This document shows positions 1 to 7,928 of a stretch of 20,000 nucleotides of DNA, piece after piece (the stretch's first letter is position 1; each line of letters begins with the position of its first letter). Origin of the DNA: an uncultured virus (IMG/VR IMGVR_UViG_3300044612_003086) (taxonomy: Duplodnaviria; Heunggongvirae; Uroviricota; Caudoviricetes); the IMG/VR virus record IMGVR_UViG_3300044612_003086, positions 113,892 through 133,891 of that record, one strand, 5' to 3'. The notes beneath the pieces were generated by a model. The model had not been told where the DNA came from. It saw only the letters and a list, made by a program, of their open reading frames with translations, and did not search any database. A program made the position numbers and the translations under genes.

Positions 1-2
1 GT

Positions 3-392
3 AACGCAGCAATTGCTTATAGCAAATTGAGTCTGTCTGGTTCGATTACGACAACAGATTTAGCTACTGGTGCAGCTCGCTCTGGGTTTAGGTCACCGAT
101 TGTTGCTCAGCAAGGTGCGACACACACAATTGCGGCTTCCGATGTTGGTGGTTTAGTGGTGCTTTCGTCTTGTACTTCGGTTGTCATACCAACCTCTGAT
201 GCAACATTTACAGTTGGGGACAGAATAGATTTTCTTCAAACAGGCACACAAGTAGTTACATTTAGCGCCACATCCCCACAAACCGTTGGCGGGTTTGACG
301 CTCAATTAAAACTTGGAGGACAGTTCGCAGTTGCAACACTTGTAAAGTATGCAGCAAATACATGGGTTCTAGTTGGAAATATAACGAGTTAA
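3..392 (+). CDS. Tail-fibre-like virion protein, C-terminal part (5' truncated by window edge)
   Basis: The frame is open from position 3 (NAAIAYSKLSLSGSITTTDL...), so the TTG at 27 is not the true start. The C-terminal domain (TIAASDVG...IDFLQTGTQVVTF...ATLVKYAANTWVLVGNITS) aligns by eye with the C-terminus of 17555..18331 and resembles a domain common at the end of phage fibre proteins. Confidence 0.7.
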   Translation, partial: NAAIAYSKLSLSGSITTTDLATGAARSGFRSPIVAQQGATHTIAASDVGGLVVLSSCTSVVIPTSDATFTVGDRIDFLQTGTQVVTFSATSPQTVGGFDAQLKLGGQFAVATLVKYAANTWVLVGNITS

Positions 393-393
393 C

Positions 394-1494
394 ATGATTC
401 CTGGAATAGTTGAGGCAGGTGGGGGCAGAATCCTCCCAACAACGTCTGACGATTTTAATCGCGCAAACAGCACAGACATTACTGCTGCTGGAAAAAAATG
501 GACAGAGACAAGTGGTGACTGGGCAATCACCAGTAACCAACTGACCACCTCAACCGCCGCAGCTAGCTACCCGATAGCCACATTGCGAACTAATACAAAA
601 AACGCAACAGTTAAAGTTGACAGAGCAAACGGGGATGGATGGGGTGCTGCATTCTGGGTGGTGGACCAAAACAACTGGTTTGCCGCCAACACGGAGATGA
701 CGCAATCAAGTGTTCAAAACCCTGCTACTAGCGGCAGCTATGAACAGCAAACATTTACCGGAAACACGTGTAGCGGTGGGAAAATATATAACGGCGACAG
801 TTCGTTCCCCCCGTTTGGTGGAACTTGCTACGACGTAGTTTGTATTAGTTACTCTGGGGGAACACCTGCAACGTATGAATATCGAACACCATCAGGACTG
901 TCTTGCTATCAGGATGGAATCCATTGTGGTGGTGGTTATGTTCTCTATGGCTATCAAGCCGGAGACGAATACCTCTGCGGTGGAACGTGTTGCTGCTCAC
1001 TCGTAATGACAGACCCAGGAACGCCAGGGACATGCAATGAATATCAAATTCAAAACTGTTGTATATATCTTGATGCAACTGACCCTGGTTGCCCTGGTGC
1101 CTGCAATGGACAAAGCCCAAGACCGCAGTACACGACCACGACGGTATACTACACAAATCCTGAAACAAGAACCTGGACATACTCGCAAAAAGCAATAATA
1201 AGAAAAGCCGTTGCTGGAACGGTTTCGATTGTTGCAAATACGAACACAGTCACATCTACCGAGACGGTTGCCGCGGCTGGGGCTGCTGGTAACCCAACAA
1301 GACCAACTTCACTAACCGTAACACTAGTCGGTGAAAGTATATCAATTTCAGCACCAGGGGCAGCAGGCGGAACAATAACAGGAAGCCATACCGCAACGGG
1401 GGCCAATAGAGGCAAAAAACATGGCGTTTCTATTGCTCCAGCGACAGTCTCTCAGTCAAATGCTGTCGACAACTTTGTGTATACTAAACCGTAA
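394..1494 (+). CDS. Putative virion/fibre-tip protein: lectin-like beta-sandwich with a Cys/Tyr-rich inserted domain
   Basis: 366 aa ORF starting 1 nt after the upstream stop. N-terminal SDDFNRAN...W....GDW motif and a C-terminal GKKHGV...VDNF strand typical of concanavalin/LamG-like sandwiches. Thr/Ala/Gly-rich. All 14 Cys fall in residues 126-237. Confidence 0.6.
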   Translation: MIPGIVEAGGGRILPTTSDDFNRANSTDITAAGKKWTETSGDWAITSNQLTTSTAAASYPIATLRTNTKNATVKVDRANGDGWGAAFWVVDQNNWFAANTEMTQSSVQNPATSGSYEQQTFTGNTCSGGKIYNGDSSFPPFGGTCYDVVCISYSGGTPATYEYRTPSGLSCYQDGIHCGGGYVLYGYQAGDEYLCGGTCCCSLVMTDPGTPGTCNEYQIQNCCIYLDATDPGCPGACNGQSPRPQYTTTTVYYTNPETRTWTYSQKAIIRKAVAGTVSIVANTNTVTSTETVAAAGAAGNPTRPTSLTVTLVGESISISAPGAAGGTITGSHTATGANRGKKHGVSIAPATVSQSNAVDNFVYTKP

Positions 1495-1652
1495 TGAGCG
1501 ACACAGCAGTTAATTACGGGGAAGAGCGATTGAAGATATGCTTGGGGTGCCCGCGTTTATTCAGGCCGACAATGACCTGTAAGGAATGTGGTTGCTTCAT
1601 GAAAGTAAAAACGAGACTTAAAACGGCAAAGTGCCCAATAGGAAAGTGGTAA
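1494..1652 (+). CDS. Small Cys-rich (probable metal-binding) protein, DUF6171-like; absent from the ORF track
   Basis: Translated by hand, 52 aa: MSDTAVNYGEERLKICLGCPRLFRPTMTCKECGCFMKVKTRLKTAKCPIGKW. ATG overlaps the upstream TAA (TAATG) and the ORF fills the gap exactly. Pattern R-x3-CxxC...CxxCGC...K...CP-x2-KW. Confidence 0.85.
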   Translation: MSDTAVNYGEERLKICLGCPRLFRPTMTCKECGCFMKVKTRLKTAKCPIGKW

Positions 1653-1656
1653 AAAC

Positions 1657-1989
1657 ATGGCTTTTACAATAATCACAACAACAAATGGTCCAGTGGTTAA
1701 GAGTGGTACGAATCACTACACGCTCCACGATATTGCTGCATGTATTGATATTGCTGAAACAAACGCAACTTTTGTTGACGAAATGGGCACTCACATTGCC
1801 AATGAGTTGATGGCCGCAGCCACGGAATGGACGGAAGCATTTGTCGGCGGACTGCAACCATCACAGAACAAAGTTGTTTACTACATGAACTCTGGGGCGC
1901 ATTTCAAAATGTTTGTCCAGCAGTATGATATGTACAAGCGGAACATGGAAAATCCACCGCCTGCGAGCGCCTCGGTTGTCGTTGAGTAA
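1657..1989 (+). CDS. Hypothetical protein (110 aa)
   Basis: ATG 4 nt after the previous stop; tiles the + strand block; no recognisable motif. Confidence 0.75.
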   Translation: MAFTIITTTNGPVVKSGTNHYTLHDIAACIDIAETNATFVDEMGTHIANELMAAATEWTEAFVGGLQPSQNKVVYYMNSGAHFKMFVQQYDMYKRNMENPPPASASVVVE

Positions 1990-3037
1990 AGCAGTCCAAT
2001 TTCCTCCATTTTTTGGGAGCACGCCAAAAATTGGTAAATCAGAAGTACTAGAAATTGATTCAATTAATGACGTTCATCTTGGCGGCGGTGTTGTCTGTTT
2101 CAGAAATGCATTTAATCCGAACAAAGAACTCATTATGCCATGGGCTGACAGAAATGCACAGCTGGCGCATGAGCAAAGATGGAAATATCACACCGACAGC
2201 TCCGGTCAGAAATATGCGGTAAACGAGGACGGCAATAAATTCTCAATTGAACAGATAGAGGAAGTTCCAATTCGTGTTCTTCAGCCGGTACAGCAAGGCA
2301 CCGAGCCGGAAGTTGTTGAGATATTCCAGAACTGGGAAGACCAAATTTATAAGTGCTTAATTAAGTACATTCACAGATTCCCATTTGCTCTCGGAACAAT
2401 ATGGTGGAGGAGCAGGGGGCACCTTCTGCGATACGACGAGGGTGATTATTTGGGAATCCATAACGATAATGACTCAAACTATAGGGCCACAAACGGTGAA
2501 AGATTTGTCCCCAAGGGGCAGGTGCAGATGCGTCAAGTTGTTGCCGTAATGGCATACATCAATGACTGCGTATCGAGCACATCCGAATTGGATGGAACAA
2601 ACTACATAGGCGGGGAGTTGTTTTTTCCATACCTTGATATTGAGCACCAAGCAAAATCCGGAGATATAGTAATTTTTCCTTGCAACTTTATGGCCACCCA
2701 TGGCGTCCACACTGTTACGCATGGGAAACGATACGGGTATCTAGAGTTCTTTTCACAAGGTTCATCACATGATGACGTCTTAATAAATGTGTCGGAGCCA
2801 GATGCTGTTGATGACTGGTGTCGTCCGCATTGGATTGACTCCCTGTATGACGATTACTCCCTCTATGCAAAACACTCAGATTACGGTCAATCGGATTTTG
2901 ATGAAGCAAGAACAAATCCTGTTTATCAGAATCGGGCGCTTGAGGGGGAAAACGGTTTATCTCGGCCGTATTACGCGAGCGATGTAATAAAAGAAACAGA
3001 AAACAGGGGTAAAGTTTACCCCGACCAACTTATATAA
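1982..3037 (+). CDS. Fe(II)/2-oxoglutarate-dependent oxygenase (paralog subfamily A)
   Basis: HxD (HNDND), YIND, GGELFFPY, distal His (ATHGV) and Arg (KRY). The ORF track starts at 1913; the in-frame TTG at 1982, overlapping the upstream stop by 8 nt, is the more plausible start. Confidence 0.85.
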   Translation: MSKAVQFPPFFGSTPKIGKSEVLEIDSINDVHLGGGVVCFRNAFNPNKELIMPWADRNAQLAHEQRWKYHTDSSGQKYAVNEDGNKFSIEQIEEVPIRVLQPVQQGTEPEVVEIFQNWEDQIYKCLIKYIHRFPFALGTIWWRSRGHLLRYDEGDYLGIHNDNDSNYRATNGERFVPKGQVQMRQVVAVMAYINDCVSSTSELDGTNYIGGELFFPYLDIEHQAKSGDIVIFPCNFMATHGVHTVTHGKRYGYLEFFSQGSSHDDVLINVSEPDAVDDWCRPHWIDSLYDDYSLYAKHSDYGQSDFDEARTNPVYQNRALEGENGLSRPYYASDVIKETENRGKVYPDQLI

Positions 3038-3058
3038 GCAGTCCCTGAAGCACCATAT

Positions 3059-3889
3059 TCATCTCGGTTCCTGCCAAGATGGATAGTCACCTCTTGGCTT
3101 ATCAAGTGAATTGTTCATTGTTAAGTGTTTTCCAAAAGTATTGATTCCATGTATGAATCCCAAATGCTCTGGAAATTTTAAATCGATGCATATGTCTCTC
3201 AGTTTTCCGTCGCGAATCTGTTCCCAAATATAAACCATCGTTTCAGAGCCAGTTCTTCCATCCACGTAGAATTTTTCTGCTATTAGGTTTAGCATTTCAT
3301 CTTCCCATTTGGGATTTTTTGGTGTTATTTTGTCTTGAAACAGATGCTCTTTTGGCGGCGACATACTGCCAGACGCAATGAGCCGATTTACGTATTTTGC
3401 TGGAGCGGCAGATACGTGGACATCAAAAAGCCCGCCCGACAACAATGCCGCTGCTTCCCGTGCTGATGGTCCTGAAAGAATCATGAGTCGATGCTTTTTA
3501 TCAGTTAAAGCTTCATCTTCAATGGGGTACCCCCTAATTGCTCCCTCACAGTAGTTATCTGTTAGGCCAGAAACGATGGTCCTCCACTGGTGTTCTTCCT
3601 CGTCTCCATTCAAAGAATTTAAGTCAATATACAAACCTTTGTATTTGTTTATTAATACATTTCTTGGTGTTTCCATGGCTGCATCATTTGTGCCTATGCA
3701 GATAATCGCCCCACACTCATCAGCAAGCTTCTCCAAAGTGAATAAATTATTTATTCCGCAATCCGATGCTCTGTGTATAGTCTCCATTGACCTATCCATC
3801 GATGCGAAAAATACAGAATGTCCTGCTAATTGCAATGACTTTGCGATTGTTGCACCCATTTTCCCGGGAGAATTAATTCCAATTTTCAT
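3059..3889 (-). CDS. NAD(P)-binding oxidoreductase, 6-phosphogluconate/3-hydroxyisobutyrate dehydrogenase-like N-terminal domain
   Basis: Rossmann start MKIGINSPGKMGATIAKSL...GHSVFFAS..RS, plus YIDLNS, EGAIRGYP and ILSGPSA, resembling the NAD_binding_2/DUF1932-type family. GAGG upstream of the ATG. Confidence 0.75.
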   Translation of the reverse strand: MKIGINSPGKMGATIAKSLQLAGHSVFFASMDRSMETIHRASDCGINNLFTLEKLADECGAIICIGTNDAAMETPRNVLINKYKGLYIDLNSLNGDEEEHQWRTIVSGLTDNYCEGAIRGYPIEDEALTDKKHRLMILSGPSAREAAALLSGGLFDVHVSAAPAKYVNRLIASGSMSPPKEHLFQDKITPKNPKWEDEMLNLIAEKFYVDGRTGSETMVYIWEQIRDGKLRDICIDLKFPEHLGFIHGINTFGKHLTMNNSLDKPRGDYPSWQEPR

Positions 3890-3898
3890 TGATACGCC

Positions 3899-4675
3899 TC
3901 ACTTTATTGGACCAACAGGAACAAACTGTTGGACCGAATTTGCTGAATGACTAGTAATAAAATCAAGATGATACGAAAAGTTCTGCAATTCTTGTCTTTT
4001 ATGTTCTGCCGGTGGGCTTATATCGAGAACGCCGTGGCAGAACCAGGAAAGATAAGCAAATCTCTCTCCCGTTTCTATTGGTGTTATCTCATGGCAACCA
4101 GAAAAGTTAGAAGGGTACACAACGATTGAACCAAACTTGGGGAATACGGTTATGCCCCATGGGCGGAAACTTAGATTTCCACCTGTGTATTTATCGTTTA
4201 GGAAAATGCTACACGTAAGAGTATTTGCTATTGGTGCCAATGAGATTGGAGTCAAACCATCATCTGCGTATGGGAGATTTGCGTCGGAATGTGGTCCTAT
4301 CATTTGTCCCGGAAGATACCTAATTACATGACCCCTGGTCCGCCATTTTACGGCACCTGCGGCAGATGGGAATATCTCCAAGTACTTACTGACACAGTTG
4401 GTTCCGGAGTCCTCCAAATCGCTCAAGGTTTGAAAATCTTTTTTTTCTATTCCCAAATGATTTACATTTAAGTATCTATGTGGGGCAATCTTTGCTTGTT
4501 CTAAATTGTGGTTATACCCACCAGAATTTTTTAAATTCTCATTACCCAAATTTGAGTAACCCTCATGGTTGGTGGACAGGAGGAGGTTTTCAAGATACTT
4601 ATCGACATCTTGTTGTGTTGACTTTATTGCATTGTCAAACTGAACAATTCCATTTCCTAGATGCGTTATGTTCAT
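3899..4675 (-). CDS. Fe(II)/2OG oxygenase (paralog subfamily A)
   Basis: HSD, FLNDKYTGGNLSF, YPSNFSGCHEI, ERF; shared WRTRGHVIRY motif. Confidence 0.88.
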   Translation of the reverse strand: MNITHLGNGIVQFDNAIKSTQQDVDKYLENLLLSTNHEGYSNLGNENLKNSGGYNHNLEQAKIAPHRYLNVNHLGIEKKDFQTLSDLEDSGTNCVSKYLEIFPSAAGAVKWRTRGHVIRYLPGQMIGPHSDANLPYADDGLTPISLAPIANTLTCSIFLNDKYTGGNLSFRPWGITVFPKFGSIVVYPSNFSGCHEITPIETGERFAYLSWFCHGVLDISPPAEHKRQELQNFSYHLDFITSHSANSVQQFVPVGPIK

Positions 4676-5583
4676 TAAAAACCGTCCGAAACCAGAGACA
4701 TGGCATAGAAGTGTTTATCTGGCCCACAATTTTGTATGTATTCTCTAAAGTCTTTGCGCAAGTTGGGTAGGTAAACGTTTGTAGAAACCTTTGCAATTTC
4801 TGGTTCCTTAACAGGGTCTGCGATGTGCTCGTGATATTCGCTATTTGGGCTTCCGTGTGAATACCAACCCAAATATGAATATCTCTCCCCCCTGGAAACT
4901 GGAAGCACTTCATGTGATGCTATGTAATTTGATGGGAACATTAGTATGTCCCCCTTTCGTGGTTTGTAATTTATATTTAGTTCGTTAAAGAAATGGTGTC
5001 CTCCAGCAAATGAATTTACAGCATCATCGCCAGATTCATCGCAATCGTTAATGTAGACAATGCAGGATAGTGTATTTCTTGTTGCTAGCTGGTCGGATGG
5101 GTGTTCGTATCCATAGACGTAGTCGGCGCTTGTGTCTGAATGGACGCCAAGGTATTGGCGATTACCCACAACTCCAGATGGTGGAGATGAATACCTAACG
5201 ATATGCCCCTTAACCTTCCACCAAATATTTTTGTAAGAAAGGGGATATCTGAGCATGTATTTGAGCAAATACCTATCTTTCGAGTCCTCCCAAAACTCAA
5301 GCATTTCCCTAAACTTATCTGAACATTGCTGATGGGCGGACGAACACCTACTTGGCATCGATGCAAATGTGTCGTAATCAAAAATGTAGCCGCTCATATT
5401 TACTAGCGCTTTTTCGCCAGTTTCGGGATGAATTGTTTCGGTGTACATAGCGGAGGCGTCTCTGTCGACAAGCTCCCTACAGGAATTAATAGCAAATTCC
5501 CAGTCAAAGTCGATAGCCGACGGAAACAGACAAACACCAGCACCAAGTTCCATCATTTCTACGTCATTAAACTTATTAACCAT
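4675..5583 (-). CDS. Fe(II)/2OG oxygenase (paralog subfamily A)
   Basis: HSD, YIND, FPSNYIASHEV, ERYSYLGW; WWKVKGHIVRY. Start moved from 5661 to ATG 5583 (or 5589) to avoid an 86-nt overlap and to match the paralog N-termini. Confidence 0.88.
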   Translation of the reverse strand: MVNKFNDVEMMELGAGVCLFPSAIDFDWEFAINSCRELVDRDASAMYTETIHPETGEKALVNMSGYIFDYDTFASMPSRCSSAHQQCSDKFREMLEFWEDSKDRYLLKYMLRYPLSYKNIWWKVKGHIVRYSSPPSGVVGNRQYLGVHSDTSADYVYGYEHPSDQLATRNTLSCIVYINDCDESGDDAVNSFAGGHHFFNELNINYKPRKGDILMFPSNYIASHEVLPVSRGERYSYLGWYSHGSPNSEYHEHIADPVKEPEIAKVSTNVYLPNLRKDFREYIQNCGPDKHFYAMSLVSDGF

Positions 5584-6409
5584 GGTCATTGCTCCGAGAC
5601 CTGTGCGCTGCTGCTCTTGCTGGTGGCATTCCGGAATACTTGCCGTTGATGTATTCATCATAGTCTTCAGTGATTGAGCTCAACCAAACTTGTCCACCTG
5701 TGTCTGAAATCTCCAACTGTGGGTTTATCCCTTTTTCTTGAGATTCTGAGCCCTGGGCAAACCAGGCAAGGTACGTGAGTCTTTCTCCACTTGTGATAGT
5801 GGATATCTCATGGGCGGCTACGTAATTAGCCGGAAACAAAAGTATGTTTCCTTTTTGCGGTTTGATTGCAACGTCTGCATACGGAAATAACATTTCACCG
5901 CCACAAAACGCTCCTGGCGCTGGGGTTTCCGACCAGTCGTTAATGAAAACTATTGCACTCAGAACGTTTCTAGTTGCGTGTTCCTTGCTGGGCATTTTTC
6001 CATATCTGTAGTTCACATCATTATCCGAATGAAGCCCCAGTGAACCACCGGTTGAATAAGAGAGGATATGTCCAGAAGTTCTCCACCACAGGCAGCTAAG
6101 GATTGCTGGAAACATTTCAATGTACTGCAAAAGACAGGAATATATCGCTGGCTCAAATTCGTTGTATATTTCGCTACCCAACCCTTGTAGTCTGAGTGGA
6201 GCTTTTGCCATGTCCTGCAGGCTATAAATAAAACCGCCCTGATTTAGCGCGTGGATTGGATTTCCGTTTTCATCTAGGACAACGGTAAAATTTTCTTCTA
6301 TTGCCTTTTGCTTCAACTTCTCTATCTTGTCTGAAAATTTACTGAATTCGATGTTCGCAGCGGCCACAAACTCGATTATTCCATGACCATGATTTATCAC
6401 GGAGCTCAT
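5576..6409 (-). CDS. Fe(II)/2OG oxygenase (paralog subfamily A)
   Basis: HSDND, FIND, GGEMLFPY, FPANYVAAHEI, ERLTYLAW; WWRTSGHILSY. Confidence 0.88.
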   Translation of the reverse strand: MSSVINHGHGIIEFVAAANIEFSKFSDKIEKLKQKAIEENFTVVLDENGNPIHALNQGGFIYSLQDMAKAPLRLQGLGSEIYNEFEPAIYSCLLQYIEMFPAILSCLWWRTSGHILSYSTGGSLGLHSDNDVNYRYGKMPSKEHATRNVLSAIVFINDWSETPAPGAFCGGEMLFPYADVAIKPQKGNILLFPANYVAAHEISTITSGERLTYLAWFAQGSESQEKGINPQLEISDTGGQVWLSSITEDYDEYINGKYSGMPPARAAAHRSRSNDHG

Positions 6410-7020
6410 AGCAGGGACCTTATGGCTTGTTTTATTGAATTATCCTCCCCGAATAAAGCCTGCTCCGATATCGGTGATTCCGCCCAATTAAATCGACCAA
6501 CATAAACGCCTTCTCGTGATGTTAAGAATTTTTCCCAATTGTTCGGAACCCTCATTGCAACTTCCCCCGCTCTATTTCTTCCAGCAGCCGCAGCGGCACT
6601 CAAGTCGGCCATGCTGTCGTTAAAATTTCTTATTAGCTCTCCATTTAGGAATGAGTAAACGTCATGCCTATTTTGCCCGTTAACGTCTATTTTTTCTGCT
6701 ATCGGAAATGTAACGTAGGGATAATTTTTTTTTATATTTTCAAAAATTTCCAAATTGTCGCCATTCTCCATGTTCCCAAATTGGTTGCATGGGTAACCGA
6801 CGACGCTAAAACCGCTATCACAAAATTCTTCATGAAGTTTTTGCAATTCCCAAAAATTTTTAGCTGTTCTTGCATAAGACCATAGACGACTGCACTTTGG
6901 CGAGTATCCGGTCTTTGATACAACGTTTACATGGAGGAGCACTTTACCCCTTAACTGTCCAAGCAAATTTGGACAGCCATCCAAAGAGCTTATTTCTATA
7001 TCAAAAATCGATTTACTCAT
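6406..7020 (-). CDS. Glutathione peroxidase-fold protein with atypical active site
   Basis: SIFDIEISSLDG, LRGKVLLHVNVVSK, GYPCNQFG, TFPIAEKIDVNG and NWEKFL match GPx/BtuE motifs. The canonical NVASKCG reads NVVSKTG. Likely start is ATG 7020 rather than 7062. Confidence 0.85.
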   Translation of the reverse strand: MSKSIFDIEISSLDGCPNLLGQLRGKVLLHVNVVSKTGYSPKCSRLWSYARTAKNFWELQKLHEEFCDSGFSVVGYPCNQFGNMENGDNLEIFENIKKNYPYVTFPIAEKIDVNGQNRHDVYSFLNGELIRNFNDSMADLSAAAAAGRNRAGEVAMRVPNNWEKFLTSREGVYVGRFNWAESPISEQALFGEDNSIKQAIRSLL

Positions 7021-7312
7021 CCTCTGACACCGTACATGAGATTTTGGTATTAAGAAATTCACCTATTCTTAGAAAACCGCTTCCAGATTCCGTATCAATA
7101 TCGATTTGTACCGTCGTAATAATTGGTGCCTCTAGTTCAAATCTGCTACTTATACTCTTTCCGTTATTGCCGATGACCACATTTTCTCCAGGCACCACGT
7201 GGGTTCCCCTGCTATGGTTGATTGCAATTGAGCCATCTTCGGAAAGAGTTAATCTGCAAACTTCTTCCCCAAATGGTGTATCAACGGAGATATCCCAAGA
7301 CCCCAAAATCAT
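7013..7312 (-). CDS. Hypothetical small beta-rich protein (99 aa)
   Basis: Tiles the operon; starts GSWDISVDTPFG; function not recognised. Confidence 0.7.
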   Translation of the reverse strand: MILGSWDISVDTPFGEEVCRLTLSEDGSIAINHSRGTHVVPGENVVIGNNGKSISSRFELEAPIITTVQIDIDTESGSGFLRIGEFLNTKISCTVSEDE

Positions 7313-7319
7313 GGCATCG

Positions 7320-7928
7320 TTACTGTGAATTGCGGCCTCTTGCCCAAGGACTCATGTCCGGGTATACCGTTGTATTTGGAATTCTTGGGTGGAGGTTAAA
7401 GCTTACGCAAACTCTAGGTTTGTCTTCATTGTGTCTTTCTGTCTGATGGGGAACAAATGAGTTGAAAAATACAATCTTCCCTGTTTCTGGTTCTATTTTT
7501 GTAACCATGTTGTATGCGTTCATGGCTTCTCCGTAAAGGCAAAGTCGGCATCCTGGACCAACAGCATCGATGTAAATAACACCAGACCAGTACTCGCTTG
7601 GAAAAAGATGCGCATTCGAACTATGTCTATGGTAAGGAGTTGATTGTCCTTTTTCTAAAATTCCACACCATATGTCTGCAAGGACAACGTCGCCAAGTAC
7701 TTCGTTGGCCCTATGCTCAATCATGTCACGCAAACCCTGACACTCTTTTGTGTTTGGCAGAACGTAATCAACCCCACTCTGCACGTCAACAAATTCTTTT
7801 GCATCTGGGAAATCTGGATGTATTCTAGATTCCAAAATTTGAGACGCTATTACCGAATAATCAATTCCTTTAATGAATGATTCATGGGCTCTGATTGGAA
7901 CTAACCAAATCCAGCCATTGTTATTCAT
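7320..7928 (-). CDS. Putative 2OG-Fe(II) oxygenase, HxH type (TIGR02466/2OG-FeII_Oxy_5-like)
   Basis: YHRH, WSGVIYI, PETGKIVFFNSFVPHQT, RVCVSFN. ATG at 7928 preferred over TTG 7934. Confidence 0.85.
   Translation of the reverse strand: MNNNGWIWLVPIRAHESFIKGIDYSVIASQILESRIHPDFPDAKEFVDVQSGVDYVLPNTKECQGLRDMIEHRANEVLGDVVLADIWCGILEKGQSTPYHRHSSNAHLFPSEYWSGVIYIDAVGPGCRLCLYGEAMNAYNMVTKIEPETGKIVFFNSFVPHQTERHNEDKPRVCVSFNLHPRIPNTTVYPDMSPWARGRNSQ

Noticed and set aside
769..1104. Diversity-generating retroelement target
   Set aside because: No reverse transcriptase and no second template copy visible in the window; cannot be excluded elsewhere in the genome.
845..1415. Antisense ORFs over 394..1494 and the many 60-130 aa opposite-strand ORFs across the window
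   Set aside because: They lie largely or wholly within better-supported genes and show no recognisable motifs.
1913..1981. Long N-terminal extensions in the ORF track (also 5584-5661, 7021-7062, 13382-13429, 18332-18355)
   Set aside because: They overlap upstream genes extensively; downstream starts match family N-termini and the coupling pattern.
3038..3058. Bidirectional terminator at the convergence point
   Set aside because: The 21-nt gap has no convincing stem-loop or U-tract.
6223..6230. T4-type late promoter TATAAATA
   Set aside because: It lies on the + strand inside a minus-strand gene with no sense gene downstream. The near-match before 8592 (TATAAATT) is imperfect.
6406..7062. 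Selenocysteine in either GPx-like gene
   Set aside because: No in-frame TGA at the active-site position: ACC (Thr) here and a Cys codon in 15372..16307.
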